Origin: Dehalococcoidia bacterium
GTDB lineage: Bacteria > Chloroflexota > Dehalococcoidia > DSTF01 > JALHUB01
Length of the DNA stretch: 35,751 bases
Assembly: GCA_049511815.1 (NCBI GenBank)
Contig: JBEKXP010000005.1
Location: forward strand, 1 to 35,751
Direction: 5' to 3'
Shown here one piece after another: positions 33,278-35,751 of this stretch. Made by a program: the position numbers and the translations under genes. Positions within the stretch are counted from its first letter, which is position 1; the number at the start of each line of letters is the position of its first letter. A model generated the notes under the pieces. That model searched no databases. It had not been told where the DNA came from and worked only from the letters and a program-made list of their open reading frames with translations.

Positions 33278-33898
33278 ATGGGGCGACCGAGGACTGAAGA
33301 ATATTGGATACGGCCCATCAATTACCTAGCGGAGAACGATAAGAAACTCGGGCCAAAGGCCATCCACGCGATACTTGAGAAGAGTGCAACTGACGCGGGT
33401 CAGTCCCATCGTCTCAAGAGCATGCCGAGCCTCAGAACAATCGCGCGCAGAAAGCAGGAATATCTCGACCGCGCGAGCGAAGAGGAGCGCCAGCGCAACC
33501 GCCATGTCCACTGGCCAGACGACATGGGCCTCGTGCTGCCATGGGAGGCAGGCCCCGCCGTGCTAGAACTCCTTAAGTGGCGCCGGGATCACTGGCTGGC
33601 TCGCCCCGCTGTTACTGAAGCCTATTGGTTTTGGCGGGTTACGGCAGTCGTGCCAGCGGCGAACTTCGATTATCGCTTGAAGGCGGCAAGGATTCTTGGC
33701 AGAGACGATGGGCAGATGAAACGGGCCGTCGAGCTATGGCTGGTTTACGGGGGTCCGTTCGCGGGGCCGGATCGGGTGGTCTACGAGGATCGCCTGAGGG
33801 GTACGCCCGAGTTCCCCGGCGACGTGGAAATCGACATAGAGGGGAAAGACATCATAGACGCCATTTACGAGGGCATGGCGAAAGGAGGCCAGTGGTGA
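33278..33898 (+). CDS. Hypothetical protein (206 aa) translationally coupled to the integrase
   Basis: SD-like GGGGG lies 5 nt upstream. Its TGA stop overlaps the integrase GTG (GTGA). A possible HTH occurs near PSLRTIARRKQEY. No family was recognised. Confidence 0.6.
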   Translation: MGRPRTEEYWIRPINYLAENDKKLGPKAIHAILEKSATDAGQSHRLKSMPSLRTIARRKQEYLDRASEEERQRNRHVHWPDDMGLVLPWEAGPAVLELLKWRRDHWLARPAVTEAYWFWRVTAVVPAANFDYRLKAARILGRDDGQMKRAVELWLVYGGPFAGPDRVVYEDRLRGTPEFPGDVEIDIEGKDIIDAIYEGMAKGGQW

Positions 33899-35037
33899 AA
33901 GGCAGCGTAAAGAAGCGCGGCAAGACGTGGCGGATCATCGTTGACATCGGGCGCGACGAGAACGGCAAGCGCCAGCAGAAATGGTATAGCGGCTTCGCCA
34001 CGCGAAGGGCAGCCGAAGCGAAGCTAACCGAGATAAAGGCGTCCCTCCAAAGCGGCGAGTACGTAGAGCCGAGCAAGCGGACGCTTGGGGCCTTCCTTGT
34101 GAAAGAATGGCTGCCCTCTATCGCGGCGTCAGTCCGGCCGTCAACCTCCACGGCTTACAAGATGATATGCGACAAGCGTATCGTGCCCACGCTGGGGAGC
34201 GTGCCCTTGCAGCAACTCAGCGCCGACCAGCTAAACAAGTTGTACGCGCAACTGTTGGCAAACGGGCGCACCAAAAGCAAAGGTGCCCTCAGCCCGCGCA
34301 GCGTGCGCTACGTCCATGCCACCATCCACAAGGCTTTGTCCGACGCCGTAAAGTGGCAGAAGATTCCGCGCAACGTCGCCGACAGCGCTACGCCGCCGAG
34401 ACGCCAGTCGAAAAAGCCGAAGACATGGACGGCAAGCGAGCTCCGGACCTTCCTCGAACACGTCGAGGGCGGCCGTCTCTATGCCGCCTACCTACTCGCT
34501 GCCAGCACGGGCTTACGCCGTGGCGAACTGCTAGGCTTGCGCTGGCGTGACGTAGACATGGAAGCGGGCAGCCTGGCCGTTGTGCAAACACTCTTACAGG
34601 TCAATAACAAACTCGACTTCGGTACGCCGAAGACGGAGAAGGGAAGCCGAAACGTCTGGTTAGACACTCACACAGTTGCCGCCCTACGGTCCCACAGACG
34701 GACACAGGTGGCCGAAAGGCTGGCGTGGGGGCCGGAATACCAGGACAACGACTTGGTTTTCGCCCGTGAGGACGGTACGCCCATACACCCGGACGGCTTC
34801 GGCCGTACCTTCGCCCGTCACGCTAAAGCGGCGGCGCTGCCCACTATCCGCCTTCACGATCTCAGGCACACCCATGCGACGCTGGCGCTTCAGGCGGGCA
34901 TTCCCGCCAAAGTGGTCAGCGAACGGCTCGGCCATGCGAGCATCAGCATTACGTTGGATATCTACAGCCACGTGCTACCGGGGATGCAGGAAGAGGCCGC
35001 GCAGACGGTTGCCGACTTGGTGTTTGCCAACGGCTAG
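33895..35037 (+). CDS. int: Tyrosine-type phage integrase
   Basis: N-terminal SAM-like arm (KKRGKTWRIIVDIGRDENGKRQQKWYSGF) is present. Catalytic motifs are GLRRGELLGLRW, HDLRHTHATLAL and LGHASISITLDIYSHV. SD AAAGGAGG lies 6 nt before the GTG at 33895. Confidence 0.9.
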   Translation: MKGSVKKRGKTWRIIVDIGRDENGKRQQKWYSGFATRRAAEAKLTEIKASLQSGEYVEPSKRTLGAFLVKEWLPSIAASVRPSTSTAYKMICDKRIVPTLGSVPLQQLSADQLNKLYAQLLANGRTKSKGALSPRSVRYVHATIHKALSDAVKWQKIPRNVADSATPPRRQSKKPKTWTASELRTFLEHVEGGRLYAAYLLAASTGLRRGELLGLRWRDVDMEAGSLAVVQTLLQVNNKLDFGTPKTEKGSRNVWLDTHTVAALRSHRRTQVAERLAWGPEYQDNDLVFAREDGTPIHPDGFGRTFARHAKAAALPTIRLHDLRHTHATLALQAGIPAKVVSERLGHASISITLDIYSHVLPGMQEEAAQTVADLVFANG

Positions 35038-35047
35038 GAAGACCCAT

Positions 35048-35065
35048 GTTAGCATTCTGTTAGCA
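35048..35065 (+). repeat. Paired GTTAGCA motifs (candidate arm-type sites), right end
   Basis: gttagcattctgttagca; see the left-end copy at 25960-25978. Confidence 0.5.
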
Positions 35066-35084
35066 AAAGCCTCGCAAGCAAGCA

Positions 35085-35110
35085 GAAAGGCCCGCTTTCA
35101 CGGGCCTTTC
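35085..35110 (+). terminator. Hairpin downstream of the integrase gene
   Basis: gaaaggcccg-ctttca-cgggcctttc has a 10-bp perfect stem and lies 48 nt after the int stop. The T-tract is weak. Confidence 0.5.
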
Positions 35111-35122
35111 TAGATTCGATTT

Positions 35123-35168
35123 GCTGGCTGGGGAGGGAGGATTCGAACCCCCGCATACGGATCCAGAG
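35123..35168. repeat. att core, right copy (inside intact tRNA-Gln)
   Basis: 46/46 identity to 25795-25840. Confidence 0.9.
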
Positions 35169-35198
35169 TCCGCTGTCCTACCACTAGACGACTCCCCA
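35125..35198 (-). tRNA. tRNA-Gln (anticodon CUG), CCA encoded
   Basis: Hand-folded cloverleaf: acceptor TGGGGAG/CTCCCCA (U1-A72), D arm GTCT/GGAC, anticodon stem GCGGA/TCCGT with loop CTCTGGA, T arm GGGGG-TTCGAAT-CCTCC, discriminator G. Confidence 0.9.
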
Positions 35199-35298
35199 GC
35201 GGCCATGCCAGTTTAGCATGGAGATGGATCGCCGTAAACCGAACGACTCACACGTAGTGCGGGCATCTTGCCCGCCTCGCCAGGGAAAGGGGAGAAGC

Positions 35299-35322
35299 GG
35301 TCGAGCGAGACGCTCGACCTAC
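35299..35322 (-). terminator. REP-like GC hairpin 5 nt downstream of the gltX stop
   Basis: The minus strand reads gtaggtcgagcgtctcgctcgacc. It differs from the dprA-downstream copy at two positions, and those two positions pair in the stem. Confidence 0.4.
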
Positions 35323-35327
35323 GCGAG

Positions 35328-35751
35328 TCATTCCAAGCGGGCCAGTGCGTCGCGGAGGCGGGCGAGCGACCGCTCGCGGCCGAGGACTTCCATTGTCTCA
35401 AACAGTGGCGGCGTGGCCGTCTGGCCCGTGACCGCTACGCGGATGAGCATGAACAGATCGCCCGCCTTCAGCCCAAGCTCCTCAGCGAGAGGTCGCAGCA
35501 CACCTTCCAGCGCATCGTGCCGCCAGTCGTCGACGCCTTCGACGCGCTTTATCGCCGTCGCCAGCGCCTGCGCCGCCTCCTCCGGCTTGCCCGCGAAACG
35601 CCCATACGGGCGCCCGTCTGGGCGCTTTCCCAGCAGAAGCTCCCCCGGGTACTCCAGCGGCCCCTCGACGAAGAAGAACGCCGTTAGCGCCACCGCTTCG
35701 TCCAGGCGCTTGATTCGCTCCTGCACGAGCGGGACGATCCTTGCCACGTAG
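35328..35751 (-). CDS. gltX: Glutamate--tRNA ligase, C-terminal anticodon-binding part (the gene continues beyond the window)
   Basis: The C-terminal region LFMLIRVAVTGQTATPPLFETMEVLGRERSLARL is typical of bacterial GluRS. The ORF is open to the window edge. Confidence 0.8.
   Translation of the reverse strand, partial: YVARIVPLVQERIKRLDEAVALTAFFFVEGPLEYPGELLLGKRPDGRPYGRFAGKPEEAAQALATAIKRVEGVDDWRHDALEGVLRPLAEELGLKAGDLFMLIRVAVTGQTATPPLFETMEVLGRERSLARLRDALARLE

Larger units (their letters stand above)
25795..35168. mobile_element. tRNA-Gln-integrated ~9.4-kb element (satellite-like or mini-prophage-like integrative element)
   Basis: It is flanked by a perfect 46-bp direct repeat that includes the tRNA 3' half. 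The integrase gene lies next to the intact tRNA. Xis-type HTH and primase-helicase genes are present. Spot hand counts give lower G+C than the flanks. Confidence 0.85.

Noticed and set aside
33625-33894. An N-terminal 90-codon extension of the integrase ORF
   Set aside because: It overlaps the 206-aa gene out of frame and is Arg/Gly-rich. The GTG at 33895 has a strong SD (AAAGGAGG). It also yields the usual integrase N-terminus (KGSVKKRGKTWRI...).
25795-35168. Interpretation as an actinobacterial-type integrative conjugative element (AICE) or a recognised defence island
   Set aside because: No FtsK/SpoIIIE-like TraB ATPase, relaxase or spread genes can be found. No recognisable restriction, abortive-infection, toxin-antitoxin or CRISPR components can be found either. 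This does not exclude novel defence cargo among the orphan ORFs.

Overview
This is a high-GC bacterial chromosome segment; spot hand counts give about 70% G+C in housekeeping genes. Phylum cannot be fixed from sequence alone. Consensus sigma70-type promoters, near-leaderless starts and a DUF512/YVTN gene set would fit a Chloroflexota-like or similar lineage. Positions 1-25740 are mostly core genes. They comprise a large YVTN beta-propeller surface protein on the minus strand, then a 16-kb co-directional, often overlapping plus-strand array. That array is dprA, topA, xerC-like, aroQ, M24 peptidase, efp, xseA, xseB, PHP phosphoesterase, Zn-ribbon protein, nicotinamidase, NAPRTase-like, tandem CBM-like surface protein, cmk, plsC, ispH and a DUF512 protein. 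A minus-strand block follows: DmpA-like peptidase, mutM, polA, ltaE, a stand-alone HIRAN protein and tRNA-Glu. The accessory part is a ~9.4-kb integrative element (25795-35168) inserted into the 3' half of tRNA-Gln(CUG). It is bounded by a perfect 46-bp direct repeat. It encodes a tyrosine integrase, an orphan 206-aa protein coupled to the integrase, an excisionase-type HTH and an AEP primase-polymerase/helicase fusion. It also carries a chain of translationally coupled small genes: a DUF2190-like protein, a coiled-coil protein and a tape-measure-like protein. No terminase, portal, major capsid, lysis or conjugation genes are recognisable. My leading hypothesis is a phage-satellite-type hijacker with P4-like logic, or a very reduced temperate element, of an undescribed family. 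The window ends in the 3' end of gltX. Many long antisense or alternate-frame ORFs in the track are high-GC shadow ORFs and were rejected.
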